Assembly (NCBI RefSeq): GCF_001194135.2
Contig: NC_068986.1
Location: 21,316,857-21,380,856 of the forward strand
DNA length: 64,000 nucleotides
Source: Octopus bimaculoides
Lineage: Eukaryota
Direction of reading: 5' to 3'
Part shown: positions 1 to 12,758 of the stretch, one piece after another
How positions within the stretch are numbered: position 1 is the stretch's first letter
Layout of the letters: each line of letters starts with the position of its first letter
Notes under the pieces: model-generated
Database searches by the model: none
What the model was told of the DNA's origin: nothing
Seen by the model: the letters and a program-made list of their open reading frames with translations, nothing else
Made by a program: the position numbers and the translations under genes

Positions 1-165
1 TGGTGAAAGAGTACAGCAGGGTTCGCCACCATCCCCTGCCAGAGCCTTGTGGAGCTTTAGGTGTTTTCGCTCAATAAACACTCACAACGCCCGGTCTGGG
101 AATCGAAACCGCAATCCTATGACCGTGAGTCTGCTGCCCTAACCACTGGGCCACTGCGCCTCCAC
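1..165 (-). mobile_element. tRNA-headed SINE family C (5' part; continues beyond window)
   Basis: Reverse complement GTGGAGGCGCAGTGGCCCAGTGGTTAGGGC...GGTTTCGATTCCC has A and B boxes; homologous to 35744-36010. Confidence 0.8.
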
Positions 166-1042
166 AATGCATAAAATACCACTGTGCATTTCACTATTCA
201 TAGGAGTAAAATTGAAGGACATAAAATATTCAGGTCTATCACTTTAAAAAGCACAAGTTAATAACTGCTGAGAAAAGTAGACAGGAAGGATTTTCCAGAT
301 GGTTGATGTTCTGAGGTGAAAGGAATTAACATAGTAATTAGAACTGGGGCTGAATGGAGATAAATAGGTCAGGTAGGCTTTGGTGGTGTGCAAGTAATTA
401 GCTACAAGGGAGAGAAGGCCATTGTAGTGATAGTAGAAAAAGGAGAGTAAGAAGGCAGATTTGGGGCCAGGGATTGAATGAGTTGGTGACTACTTGCCGA
501 ACAATTATAGCTGCATGGCTTTCTTTTGGGTGGAAGTACAGATGGACAAGTTGATATAGAAATGGAGGGGCCAACTCCAACATCAGTTACTTTGTCACTG
601 GCATCAAATTATGCCTGTTACTTGGTTAAGTAGATAGATGACTGCCACAAAGTAGTACTGTAGTTGTTATACTGAAAATTGACGACTTTCACTAGCTTGT
701 AATGCTAAGTCTAACCCCTCCAATAAGTAGCTTGGAGAACGATTAGCTCCTGTCAAATTGAGCTGCCTCCATACTCTATCCCAATGTTTCTCAACTACTC
801 TTTGCCCATGGACCCCTAAGCAGCTGCTTGACATATTAGAAACAGTAGCTAAATCCCCTTCAAATTACACCCGCCTAGCTTAAAAAAAAAAAAGAATATA
901 CTGAAAATATCCAGAACACACCTGAAAAAGATGGGATGATCATGGCTGGAAGGCCTTTGATCATAAATCTGTTCAATGAAGGCCAATCAATAACACACAG
1001 AAAAATTCTTCTACAATGATGTTTCCATGGGACAATTGAGTA

Positions 1043-1083
<41 letters not shown>

Positions 1084-1247
1084 CTTTGGCAATAATAACC
1101 GAGATTCTTTGTATTTTTCATCAAATTCTTAAATTTTAATTCAATATTTTAAAATTAAATCCATGAAAATGTTGATGGTGTATAGTTAAAATATTTCCTT
1201 TCGGCAAACAAAAGTGAATATAGCAATCAGAGAAGAACAGTATTTAC

Positions 1248-1371
1248 CATAACCAGTGGAATGCCACCTTTCACTTTCTCCCATTCACCTTCATCTTCAT
1301 TTTCAGTCTTTTTGGCTGCTTTGTATTTCTTCTTTTTCTTCTTCTCTTCTTTTTTGCCTTCAGCACTTGGC
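1248..1371 (-). CDS. EIF3C: eIF3c coding exon 9 ([41 protein letters not shown])
   Basis: ttcatag acceptor, GTAAA donor, phase 2/0; GEWE.V.GG.PLV motif. Confidence 0.94.
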
Positions 1372-1721
1372 CTATGAAAAACGCATATGTAACACTACTT
1401 AAACAAAGAAAATTATATTAAAGCCATTAACACTTTTAGCATCCAAATAACTCTGTTGAATCTAATGCTTATTGACTCACAGCTTTGAGATTTTGATATA
1501 CCTCTATTCTTTTACATGTTTCAGTCATTTGACTGTGGCTATGCTGGAGCACCACTTTAAAGGGTTCTAGTCGAAGAAATCGACTCCAGGACTTATTCTT
1601 TGTAAGCCTAGTATTTATTTTGTTGGTCTCTTTTGCCAAACCACTAAGTTATGGGGACCTAAACACACCAGCATTGGTTGTCAAATGATGGTAGGAGGAA
1701 CACACACACACATAAATACAT

Positions 1722-1781
<60 letters not shown>

Positions 1782-2955
1782 GATAGGTTTCTTTCAGTTT
1801 CCGTCTACCAAGTCCACTCACAAGGCTTTGATCAACCCAAGGCTATAGTAGAAGATACTTGACCAAGGTACCATGCAATGGGACTGATCCAGAACCATGT
1901 GGTTGGGAAGCAAGCTTCCTACCACACAGCCACACCTGTGCCAATAATTACTCATTTTTAGCATGACATTGTATGGTACGTGCGAGAGGTCGCATTTGGC
2001 TGGTTTGAACATAAAACAGGTAGAATATTTGGGCCAGATATGACCAGTTTAAATGCTAAAGAGTTAAATCTACAAATAAATTTTTTTACATAAATTATTG
2101 ACATATATTAAAATCTTATTCTGTATGTTTCCATGCCATACCTAGAGTGAATTTATCTGTCAATCCAACAAATCTTCAGCTACTTCACTAAACCGCTCCG
2201 TTCTCTTATATCAACAAATTGTAAAAGGTTTACATCACTTACTCCAACAAAATTTACACTGCTCACAATATTCTTAACTCACCATACATCAAAACGAGTG
2301 ATTCTGATTGAACTCATTGTGAAAGCAGAATGGAGGAAGCCCAGATCTAAAAGACTGAAAAATATGACAGTCTAACCATCAGATTGAGAAAATCTGGCTT
2401 CCAAACCATTGTCCTCACCATAGAGGTGGGTGCAAGAGGGGTTGGGGATTAATCTGCATATGATCATCTTAAGTGGCTCTCAATTCCTGAGAGAAAGAAA
2501 ACCAGAACTCTTAAGGCAATAGCAGAAGCAGCAGAGACAAGTTCCAACTGGATCAGGCCAAGGAGGAATGGAAATGAATTTCAAAAGGCATAATTTACCC
2601 TACAGTCAATTGGTGTCTTAGATTGAACTGATCACAACACCTAAAATACCTTGGCTCTGGGGTACCTTTACCATCCAGGAGGGTTGCAACATAGACAATA
2701 GCACAGAAGTGGCTGCAAAAGAGTATCCAGGAGCCATGGCCAGGATGTGACCCAGTCCCCTTAGAGCAGTGTTTCTCAACCCTCTTACCCTTAAAATGAA
2801 TTACATGTCTCAAGGAACCCCTGCACAGAAAAAATTACATGCCTTATCTTTCTCATATTTTTTCATTGTAGTTCACTTGGTAAATATCACATTATATATA
2901 TATCATCATCATCATCATTTAACATCCGCTTTCCATGCTAGCATGGGTTGGACGA

Positions 2956-2993
<38 letters not shown>

Positions 2994-4477
2994 AATATAT
3001 ATGGTTGATATATTTTTTTGATAACATAATAGGTTAGATAGGATGATGTCTATATTACAATATTACAATAACCAATATGTTGTGCATGTGTAGTAATATT
3101 ACAATCATGAAATTAGCATTAGATTATCTCTCTTTCTCGCAGAACCCCTAGGAACCTTTTGTGGAACCCTAGGGTTCCAGGGAACCCCGGTTGAGAAACG
3201 CTGCCTTAGAGTGTAAGCAGTTGAGGGTCAAAACACTTGCCAGAGGCAGGTGTCTTTGGGTTTCTATGAAAACCTTTTGCTGTTCGGCTCTCATAAGTGT
3301 TCTTTACTGTTGAATATAAAAGGGGGTAACTTAGACTGAAGTTTGGAATATTCTTTCGCAATGTTTAACTGATAACAGAAATTACAGGAAAAATTATACT
3401 GAAACTTCAGGGATTAATATCCAAGAATTTGGGTGCCAATTGTAAAACCAACAAGGAAGATAATAACTTTAAAATAAAATACTATCTTGATGTCAATTTA
3501 AATATAATTTAAAGATATGCAAAGCTAGGTTTTTTTCACATGTTATGCTAATCTCCAAGAAACTAATATCTTACTTTTAAATTAGAATATTTCATATTAA
3601 ATTGAAAAAAAAAAAAGAAAAAAAAATCTATTTTTAGAAAGACTTACTTTTTCAAGAAGGAAGCAGCAATATGGTCATAGTCGTCATCATCTGATGAAGA
3701 TTCATCTGAACCGTATTCGCTCCATTCATCATCATCATCATCTGAAGAAGACTCTTGCTAAAAATAGAAGAATTAATTAAAAATTGAACTGTATATTATA
3801 TGATAGCTAATTAATCAATTGGTATGCAAGGAATATCAAAGCACAAAACAAAAGCAAAAGTTTCACTTGTTGAACAAATTATTCAGCCATCAAGAGGAAG
3901 ACCCTGAAACAGTGCACATTCTCTCCTGATGACCCCCGTAAACTTGCTAGTACCTGGTATGCAGAGCTTTCAACTGGTAACACTTGCATTTGCAAGTTGT
4001 TTGTTCAAAGTTGAAACATTACTCCAGGCACAGGCTTGGCTGTATGGTTAGGAAGCTCGCTATGCCACCATGTGGTTTTGGGGTTCAGTCTCACAACACT
4101 GCACCTTGAGCAAGTGTCTTCTACTATAGCTTCAAGTTGACCAATGTCTTGGTAATGAATTTGGTAGACAGAAACTGAGTGGTAGCGAGCTGGCAAGGTG
4201 GCGAACTGGCAGAAACGTTAGCACACCAGGCAAAATGCTTAGCGGTTTTTCGTCTGTCGCTACGTTCTAAGTTCAAATTCCACCGAGGTCGACTTTGCCT
4301 TTCATCCTTTCGGGGTCGATAAATTAAGTACTGGTTACACACTGGGGTCGATGTAATTGACTTAATCCCTTTGTCGGTTCTTGTTTGTCCCCTCTATGTT
4401 TAGCTCTTTGTGGGTAGTAAAAGAAATTAGAAACTGAGTGGTAGCCTGTTGTATACATGTATATTCATGTGTGTGTG

Positions 4478-4509
<32 letters not shown>

Positions 4510-7500
4510 CGTGTGTGTTTGTATTTGTCCCCCACTATCACTTCACAACTGGTTTCAATTAGTTTGCAGCCCTGTAACTTAGTGGTTTGACAAAAGTGAT
4601 CAAATGGAATAAGTACCGAACAAAGAATTAAGTAGAGGGATTGATCTATTTGCCTAAACCCTTCAAAGCATGGCTACAGTCCGGTGAACGAATCAAGTAA
4701 AAGACAAATGATAAAAGATAACAGTTCTATTACACATTAGATTCAATGTGTGAACATGTTCAGAAAATAACTGGTAAAACATTTTAAAAGTCTCAACCAT
4801 TTTTTATCTATGGACCCCTTTGATTACTATTTTATTCTGGTGGACCCCCATAGTCATTCAATGCTTAAAAACTAGTGTTACAGAAACTTTTTCGAAATTC
4901 CTATTTTGTTTTTCACACATTAACGTGTGCTATGGAAATTGTTAGAGAAAGAAACCTGGTTGTTTCTTGCAATAAATACCAATACATAAAGCAAAAATTT
5001 TCCAGGAGCCCCTTAACCCCTGTTACCCACCCGGCTGAAACCGGCTCTGGCCCTGACTACAAATGTCATGTTTTCATAAGTTTTGAATTAAAATCTACCA
5101 CCAAACCTTAGTCACAAAATACGTTCTTAGCACTAGCTTAATAATAACTAAGTTATTTTACTAAATTCTTTGTTATATATAAAGTAATCATCTCAAAATA
5201 AATACAGTAATGAAAGGGTTAAAAACACTATTGTGGAACCCAATTTGCTATTTTGCTATGTGGACCACAAAAATCTTATATGGACCCTCAGGGACCATAT
5301 AGACCCTGGCTGAGAATCACTGCTCTAAACAATTTACTAAGAAGGCATAACTCTCACTTTTAACTGCTCGTGTTTTTCTCAACATGTATTTTGATCTGTC
5401 TCTTCTCTATGATGAAAAATGGTTTGGCTTCATTAATCTTGAAAACGTTTTAACTAGATTCAATTATTTTCATACTGATTTTCAGTAAGTGGCAGTATTT
5501 TTTTTTTCCTAAATAGCCAATTATATAATTATTCCTGAATTGGGTACGAAACCAGCAGTTTTGAGGGGAGGGAGTTAGTCAATTACATCAGCTCTAGTAC
5601 TCGACAGGTACTTTATTTTAACAACCTCGGAGAGAAGAAAGGAAAAGTTGACATCAGCAGAATTTGACCTGGGAGCATAAAGAGCCGGATCAAATACCAT
5701 TAGGCATTTTGTCCAGAGCTCTCACTTCAATGTCATTTAACGTTTGTTCTCCATGCTAGCATGGGTTGGACAGTTTGACAGGAGCTGCCAAGCTGAAGAG
5801 CTGCACCAGGCTCCAATTATCTGTTTTGGCATGGCTCCTACAGCTGGATACCTTTCTTAATGCTGATCCTGATAATCCACTACCCATTATATAACACTTT
5901 ATAACAATAGCCAAGTCCTTCTGTAAATTTTGTGGAAGGGTCATCCACTGAAGCATTTTAATTACACAACACAAATAATTGACCTACCTTGGGTTTAATA
6001 GCTTCGTGATCACTTTTCCGAGTAAAATCCAACATCTTATCATCATCTCCAGACAAAGAATTATCTACAGAAACGAATTATTAATAAATATTATAGGCAT
6101 TTTCACAAAATAATGTTAACTGAGTAATATTGAGATCATTAGGTAATAATGAATGGCAGAGAAACAGTTGCAAAGTTTAAGTTTACAATAGTGTAACACA
6201 TCCCATGCGGTCTAGTGGTTAGGATTCCTGGCTTTCACCCAGGCTGCCAGGGTTCAAGTCGATGCTTTACCAGCACAACTTTCATGAACAAAGACCTCAG
6301 AAACGTCCTGCAATGCTGACATTACACAAAGATTCAATCATCATTTATATACAAAAATTTTTTTTAAAAATAAGAGCAGTCTTGTACTATCCCCTCTTTA
6401 TTCTTGTAGAACACAAAACCCTCAAATTCACAACACTTACTAGGCTTTGTGCTGTGATATTTTATACCAATTCATAGAAATTTGCCTCATGTACAAATAT
6501 GTATCCAAAATATTATGCTTCCTATACAGAATCAGAAAATACTACAATACTGAACAACTGCAGACTCTCCATAATGCTTAACCCTTCTGTTACCATATTT
6601 CTGGAGAAATACACTGCTTTTGTTTCAATTAATTTTGAAAATAATGAAGAATTTAGTAAAGTATCTATTATCACAGAATTTTGATGGAAGGTTTTAATTT
6701 AGACCGTTTTGAAACAGGAAGTTTGTATCATAGAACCAAGTGCAGCATCAGACAGGTTGGTGTCAAATGGGTTAAAACCCACATTTAGCATTTAAACCTG
6801 TCATATCTGACCTAAATATTCTTCCAGTTTTATGTTCAAATTGGCCAGATCCAGCCTCTTGCACCTACCCTACAATGTCATTCTAAAAATTAAAAATAAT
6901 CACATCTTTGTAATTTAGAAGCTACAAGATAATGCATTAGACTGCATTCAAAAGTTTTCTTAACCCTTTAGCATTTAAACTGGCCATAACAGGCCAAAAT
7001 GTTCTAGCTGTTTTATGTTCAAACTGACCATCTCTGGCCTCTCACACTTACCCTACAATATTATTCATAAAAAAAAATCACATCATTGAAATGCATGACT
7101 AATTCACATCAATGTGAATAAGGAAGCATTACATATGATAGAGTAATCTGAATGCTAAAGGCTTAAAGCAATGGTTATCAAGCCAAAAAAAGTTGTATCT
7201 CATACATATACAAATTAATTAAGAAAAAAAACTTACCATCATCATCATCGTCATCATCTCCAACATCAGAACCTTCATCATATTCATCTCCTTCATCTGG
7301 ATTCTGGAAAAGATAAAAGAATTTTTCTTTTAAATGACAAAAAGAAAACTTTTTTCCCCCCAAACGTATGATGTACAATCAGAAGCCATGTCAAAATAAC
7401 TAATTTTCTGAATGGCTGATTGAAAAAAAAAAATACAAATCCAATAAATAATCAAAAAACAAAGCTGTGCTAACATACCTCTCGGTATTTTGTGATCTCT

Positions 7501-10500
7501 TCTTCATAGTCCCGTTTGTAACGCCGAAGACGTTGACGAAGAGTGGTCAACCCTCGAGCATTGTTTTTGCTCATCTGCTTTCTTCCCTCTTTATCTTCCC
7601 AACACTGTAAAAAACAGAAAACATATTTTATTACTTCAAGCAAACCCTTTAGCATTCATATTACTCTGTCAAACGTAATGCTTAATTATTCCTTTTGTTT
7701 TGAATTAATCGTGTTATTATCTTGTAGTTTTGAGATTTTGATGGTGCAAAATAGATTACTGCATCAATCGTTTATTCTTAGAATGATATTTTAGGGTGGG
7801 TGTGAGAGGCCAGATCTGGCCAGTTTGAACATAAAACAGGTGGGCTGGATATGGCCAGTTTAAATGATAATGGGTTAAAGCAAAAAATACATACTGAAGA
7901 TTTTCTGGTTCAATTTTCACTATGGACATGTGATTAGAACAACACAGAAAAGAATAGCAAAATGGACTCTCTTCAAGCCAAGCCAACTAGGAATAGACCA
8001 CGGAGGAGATGGTTGGGTAATATCCAGTCTCAGTTGGTTTCATTTGGGAATCCAGCCAGAAAGTACAATGACAGTTGTTTCTCATAGGACCCAATAGTGG
8101 TGAGGTACCCAGGATTTTACCCCGCCAGAAAAGTGGCCTAAGATGGATGCATGGATAGATGGAATTTTCGTAACATGTGTAAACATTCTGGTAAGGAGAA
8201 ACACCTCAAAAATTTCCTTCTCCCAGGGTTTCAGTCACATTAACACTTCCATTCCCAATCTGCCTCAAACGACCTGTAATTACATATTCCTCACATTTAA
8301 CCCATTACCTCCCATAATTCTATTAACTGAAATTTTTTTTTGAAACTTTGATTTCTAGCATAAAACAGCCTTAGAAACACACTGGAATGATCAAAATAAC
8401 ATTTTAAATAGAAATAAGTGAGGTATTGGGTGAAAAATTAGCAAACCTCATTTAAATATCAGAGAAATATACCTAGTAGATATAGCAAAAAGGTTAGATA
8501 TGTGTAAATATTGACAGATAATTACGAAATTTGATCTCATATGAGATCACTGGTAGGTAATGGGTTAAATGAGTAATGCAGAATAGAAAAGAGAATTTTT
8601 TGCTTTCTCTAATTGTTGAAATTTACCAAAAGCCATATTTCAGCATCTAATTATTAAAATTCAAACATCTATAATGATTTTTGTAACGTTTGAAATAATG
8701 ACTTGTAAAACTCTCCTAAGATTTCAGAATAAAAGCTAGCTAACAGTCAAAAACAAATTTTAAAATAATATATCCTTTAGAGCAGTGGTTCTCAACCAGG
8801 GTCTAGATGGCCCTTGGTGGGGATCATATAAGATTTTGTTTAAATTTATGTGCAATGAATTGCTTTTACTTCTACCATACACAAAATATTTTAATTTTTT
8901 TTATATAATTCCCCACAAAAATAGAATCATAAAAATACAGTAGGAATTTTTTTAATATATATACATTGAATAGTTATGAGGGGCCAGAAGAGTAAAAATA
9001 GGAATGAAAGGGGGTTTACAGGCAAAAAAATGGTCCAGAACCACAGCTTTAAAAACAGATCATTGTATAAAAAAGATTCAAAGCAAAAAAGAACATACCT
9101 CATTAACAAAATCCTCTAATTCTACAAGGCATCGGAGGTAAAATCTTGGCATTCCCTCAATGTCAACAATTTTTTTAGCTTTTTCAAAAGCTTTTGTAAG
9201 AGCTTCAAAATCTAAAAGAAAAAAAATAAACATTTTAATGCATTAAAAATATTTCTTTTTATCAAATAATACAAGATAAATGTCTAAGTACACCAACAAA
9301 CAAGACACACAGAGTTGTGAATGTTAGGTCTTTTCTCCAATGAATAATATACTTAAAGAACATAAAATTAGGGATTAACCCTTTTGTTACCAACCCGGCT
9401 GAAACTGGCTCTGGTTCTGAGTACAAATGTCTTGTCATAAGTTTTGAATTATAATCTTCCACCAAACATTAGTCACAATTTATGTTCCTAACACTAGCTG
9501 AATGATAACTAAGTTATTTTACTAAATTCTTTGTCATATTTAAAGTAATTGAAAGAAACACAGAGCATCTCAAAATATATACAATAACGAAAGGGTTAAT
9601 TATTGCAGAGTAAAAGCTAAATGACAATTTAGCTAGAGACAATTTGGAGAAGGAAGACATGGAAGTGGCAGTGATGCTGTTACACCCATTACCAAGGGCT
9701 TTAGTCTCACTTATATATCAACCCATAACCTTACTTGATGCCTATTTTATCAATCTCATAGACTAAAATTAAGTCACTCTTAAAATGAAAGGATAAAACA
9801 ACTCCAGTCAGAACTAAAACTGCAAGGTATTTTTGTACAATGCACCAATTTATATTCATCCCACACTAATATACACACACACACTCTTATCTTTAGGTCC
9901 TGAGTTCAAATGCTACTGGGGTCAACTTTGCTTTTCATTCTTTCAGGGTCTTAAGTACCAATCAAACACTGGGGTCGATGTGATCAACTATCTCCCTCCC
10001 CTCAAAATTTCAAACCTTGTGCCCATAGTAGAAAGGATTATGATTATTATTAAAAAATAATACATACCCGTCAATACATTAGACATATCTTTGATTTTTT
10101 TATGATTTCTTAATTGACGAATAACATTTTGCATCTCTTCAAACCTAGTAAAACAAAAGAACAAAGAAAAACATGAATAAAACAATGAATCACTCCAAGT
10201 TCAAATCACATTGGGATGATTCGGGGGTTTTCATTTCGTCGGAATCAGTAAAATCAAGGACCGGTGAAGTATTTATATACTTAATAATCATCATGAATAA
10301 TACTGACCAGATTCACAAAATCTCAGCAACTCCTTTCCCAAGATTTCTTACAACAGTCAATTTTAAAAATTTTTATCCATTAATTTACTTTCTGTCTACA
10401 TCTATTTATCAAGTAGAATAATCTTGTTTCAATTCATTAAAAGTTTTTATGATTATTATTGTTGTAAGCCCAATAATTATAAGAAAAAAACAAAATATAT

Positions 10501-12758
10501 CAAATACTTATAATTTCAGTGTCAAAGAAACAAAATTTCCTTACACATTAACTCATTTTATTCTCTTCACAAAGTCTTAAATTTAATAAAAACTTGAACT
10601 GAAGCTACTTTAAAACTTGATCATAAAATCTAAACTAAAAATAATTTTATGTTTGAAAAATAAATCAAATATTAAATGTCTATTGCAAATCGTTTTTTAC
10701 TTTAAATAAGTGATTAACAATATGAATAAAATAAGATTACAAATAATTGGAATTACAAAATTGTTTGTTTCATGATGAAAAATACAAAAATTCAGTAGCA
10801 GAGAAAATGGTGTTTTAATTCAACTATGACATTAATTAAAATAAAAATTTAATTTCAATCAGTTACTTAACTCCCTTCATAACTTTATCAGTGATCCCCA
10901 ACTGGTTTAGTTAGTGACACGAAGAAAAAAACTGCACCCAGAATAATCCAAACAAAAGGAAAAGGGGTAAAGATTCTAGGTTTCAGAAATTTTACACACT
11001 AAAACACTAAACGCAATACTAACTACTGTATTTGATGGTATAAAAGATCCATGGGCATTTTAGACTCATCAGGATTTCAGCAACACACATTCAGGAAAAA
11101 CAAAAGTTTGTAGTGCATTAAAACATGTAATATAGACATAACTTCGTGTATAGGACCCAGGATGTATTTTTTGGGACATTGTTTTGAAAAGAAAAGTGCA
11201 CCTTATACACCATTGAATATGGTATATTTTATGATTGGAAATAAAAAATCTATTTACAGTGCAGTTACGTCTAATAAACAATTACAAATAGTGAAATTTT
11301 ATAAGCAAATTAAGGGTTTCAATACAAACTGTAATTAAAGGTTATCAATCTCAGCAAGAAATTTAGATTTAAACTAATGAAACCACTAAAAAGTTGCAAG
11401 TAAAAATGTGTCTCAAGAGTAAAATCTAAGAAAATAAACATAACAACCTTAGTAATTGGATGATTATAAGTAAAACTCACCTCTTATCCTTTGCACTGCG
11501 GACCACTCTTTTAATATCTTCTTCCTCTTCACTGAAGTGGTAGGTCCTAGAAACAAAAGTGAAATAAATATATCATTTTCATGCGAAAAAAAAAACACTG
11601 AATACATTAAGTAAAGATGAAGATGAAAAGATTAAGTTGAAAAGGAAAAAAAACTTCCAAGAAATTAATACTGGTCCTTTTGATGAATAAAACAGCAGTA
11701 AACACTGCAAAGTAGTTGATGTTAAGAAGGGCATCCAGATGATGAAACCCTGCTAGAGCTGACACTGGAGCTCAATGCAGCCCTGCAGTTTGCCAGATTG
11801 TCAAACCATGCAGCATGGAAAACATGTTAAATAATGGTGATAATGATGATGAACAAAATGATTTTCCACATGAGTCATCTAAATGATGGAGTTACTTTTG
11901 ATTATTTAACTTTTGGCTTCAAATTTTGGTGCAAGGCTGGCAATTTCAGGAGGAAGGAATAAATGGATTAAATCGACCCTGGTGTTCAAATGATACTTAT
12001 TTTGTTGATCCTGGAAGGTGAATGGCAAAGCTGGCCTTGACGGAATTTGAACTGAGGGTGCTGGTACCACATAAAAAGCACCTGTGCCAGTGCTGCATAG
12101 CAGCACACAGTGCACTCTGTAAAGTGGTTGGCATTAGGAAGGGCATCCAGCCATAGAAACCATGCCAAAATAGACATGGTGCCTGAGTAGCTCTTCAGTT
12201 CATATATACTCCCATCACACACACACACATTCACAACAGGCTTCCATGGTTTGTTTCTAAAAGTTTCTGACCCACACAAGACTGAGGTAGAAGACTTGCC
12301 TAAGGCACTACACAGTGGAAATCAAACCCAGGACCAACACAGATTTAAACAAGAATTCTTAACCATACCATTATATATCTGTGTCCAGATGCATACAATA
12401 ATTGATATATTTGAAACAGGCAGTGAGTGAAGACAATCTTCAGTAAATAAAAACACTAGAGGTTGAGATGCAAAAAAATAAGACTGCATCAGGCAAAGTA
12501 CAGAGATGACTGTTACAGTGGATGATGCATACTGAGGAGAAATTGTTAGCAGTGGAAGGTTACCACAGCTGAGGTACACAGAATAACCAGCATAAAAAAT
12601 ACTGGTCTTTACCAAGATCTTTACCAAAAGATCTTTGTCTTTTACAATAATGACTAATGAAAATAAAATACTTACTTTGTAACCTGACGTTGAGGTATGA
12701 CCTCCTCTTCACTGCTCTCACTATCGGTCTCATTTTCTATCTTGTAAAACTTCGACAT
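1248..12758 (-). CDS. EIF3C: Eukaryotic translation initiation factor 3 subunit C, 5' part (9 coding exons; gene continues beyond window start)
   Basis: Manual splicing of exons 12676-12758, 11481-11546, 10068-10144, 9099-9211, 7479-7604, 7237-7303, 5988-6064, 3648-3757, 1248-1371. All are GT-AG and phase-consistent (843 nt, 281 codons). Product [19 protein letters not shown]...[15 protein letters not shown]...[49 protein letters not shown]...GEWEKVKGG matches the recognised eIF3c N-terminus. Confidence 0.96.
1505..1940 (-). mobile_element. SINE family A copy
   Basis: Reverse complement of the 50590-50970 family with internal (CA)n(TA)n. Confidence 0.85.
2290..2575 (+). mobile_element. Second decayed HERO-type RLE fragment
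   Basis: VILIEL...KYDSL...[15 protein letters not shown]...[12 protein letters not shown]. Confidence 0.7.
2767..3203. mobile_element. hAT (Charlie-like) MITE with perfect 8-bp TSD
   Basis: TIRs CAGTGTTTCTCAACC / GGTTGAGAAACGCTG; TSD CCTTAGAG at 2759-2766 and 3204-3211. Confidence 0.9.
3648..3757 (-). CDS. EIF3C: eIF3c coding exon 8 ([36 protein letters not shown])
   Basis: tttttag acceptor, GTAAG donor, phase 0/2; acidic W-containing tract and FLK motif. Confidence 0.92.
4187..4428 (+). mobile_element. tRNA-derived SINE family B nested in a SINE A, with 17-bp TSD
   Basis: GAGCTGGCAGAAACGTTAGC...GTTCAAATTCC.CCGAGGTCGAC... flanked by AGAAACTGAGTGGTAGC at 4170-4186 and 4429-4445. Other copies at 17440-17810, 33335-33785 (tandem, -), 37213-37435, 40020-40260, 48210-48420(-), 54200-54625, 56540-56760. 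Confidence 0.88.
5988..6064 (-). CDS. EIF3C: eIF3c coding exon 7 ([25 protein letters not shown])
   Basis: ctgtag acceptor, GTAGG donor; phase 1/0 exactly bridges exons 6 and 8; sequence is divergent linker. Confidence 0.8.
6201..6260 (+). pseudogene. 3'-truncated tRNA-Glu(TTC) pseudogene in an eIF3c intron (antisense to host)
   Basis: TCCCATGCGGTCTAGTGGTTAGGATTCCTGGCTTTCACCCAGGCTGCCAGGGTTCAAGTC has an intact D arm and anticodon arm (CCTGG CT TTC AC CCAGG); the 3' T-stem and acceptor strands are absent. Confidence 0.8.
7237..7303 (-). CDS. EIF3C: eIF3c coding exon 6 ([22 protein letters not shown])
   Basis: ttccag acceptor, GTAAG donor, phase 0/1; acidic tract after NP as in eIF3c. Confidence 0.9.
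7479..7604 (-). CDS. EIF3C: eIF3c coding exon 5 ([42 protein letters not shown])
   Basis: Contained in ORF 7470-7655; AG/GT boundaries, phase 0/0; WEDKEG..KNNA..L.TLRQ motif. Confidence 0.97.
7960..8150 (+). mobile_element. Decayed 3' end of a second RTE-type LINE family (second copy at about 25180-25500, minus strand)
   Basis: Translates to ...[12 protein letters not shown]...SWFHLGI...SHRTQ; copy at 25 kb gives RGRPQARWSDNV...SDRTQWKACL. Confidence 0.65.
8301..8564. mobile_element. piggyBac-type MITE (TTAA TSD, CCC...GGG ends)
   Basis: TTAA|CCCATTACCT...AGGTAATGGG|TTAA. Confidence 0.8.
9099..9211 (-). CDS. EIF3C: eIF3c coding exon 4 ([37 protein letters not shown])
   Basis: AG/GT boundaries, phase 1/0, conserved EGxPRFY motif. 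Confidence 0.96.
9379..9595. mobile_element. piggyBac-type MITE, second family
   Basis: TTAA|CCCTTTTGTTAC...TAACGAAAGGG|TTAA; sister copy 5017-5218 nested in a hAT MITE. Confidence 0.82.
10068..10144 (-). CDS. EIF3C: eIF3c coding exon 3 ([25 protein letters not shown])
   Basis: AG/GT boundaries, phase 2/1, homologous to eIF3c [20 protein letters not shown]. Confidence 0.95.
11481..11546 (-). CDS. EIF3C: eIF3c coding exon 2 ([21 protein letters not shown])
   Basis: [11 protein letters not shown] motif; tttctag acceptor, GTGAG donor; phase 2/2. Confidence 0.95.
12676..12758 (-). CDS. EIF3C: eIF3c coding exon 1 ([27 protein letters not shown])
   Basis: ATG at 12758-12756, 3 nt after a tttttcag acceptor; donor GTAAG at 12675-12671. 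Confidence 0.9.

Noticed and set aside
10245-10294. Minus-strand C/D box-like motifs (ATGATGA...CTGA) in an eIF3c intron; similar pairs near 14330-14440 and 15282-15345
   Set aside because: First lies in a decayed SINE B; the others lack terminal stems or recognisable rRNA guides, or are on the wrong strand; ATGATGA is very common here
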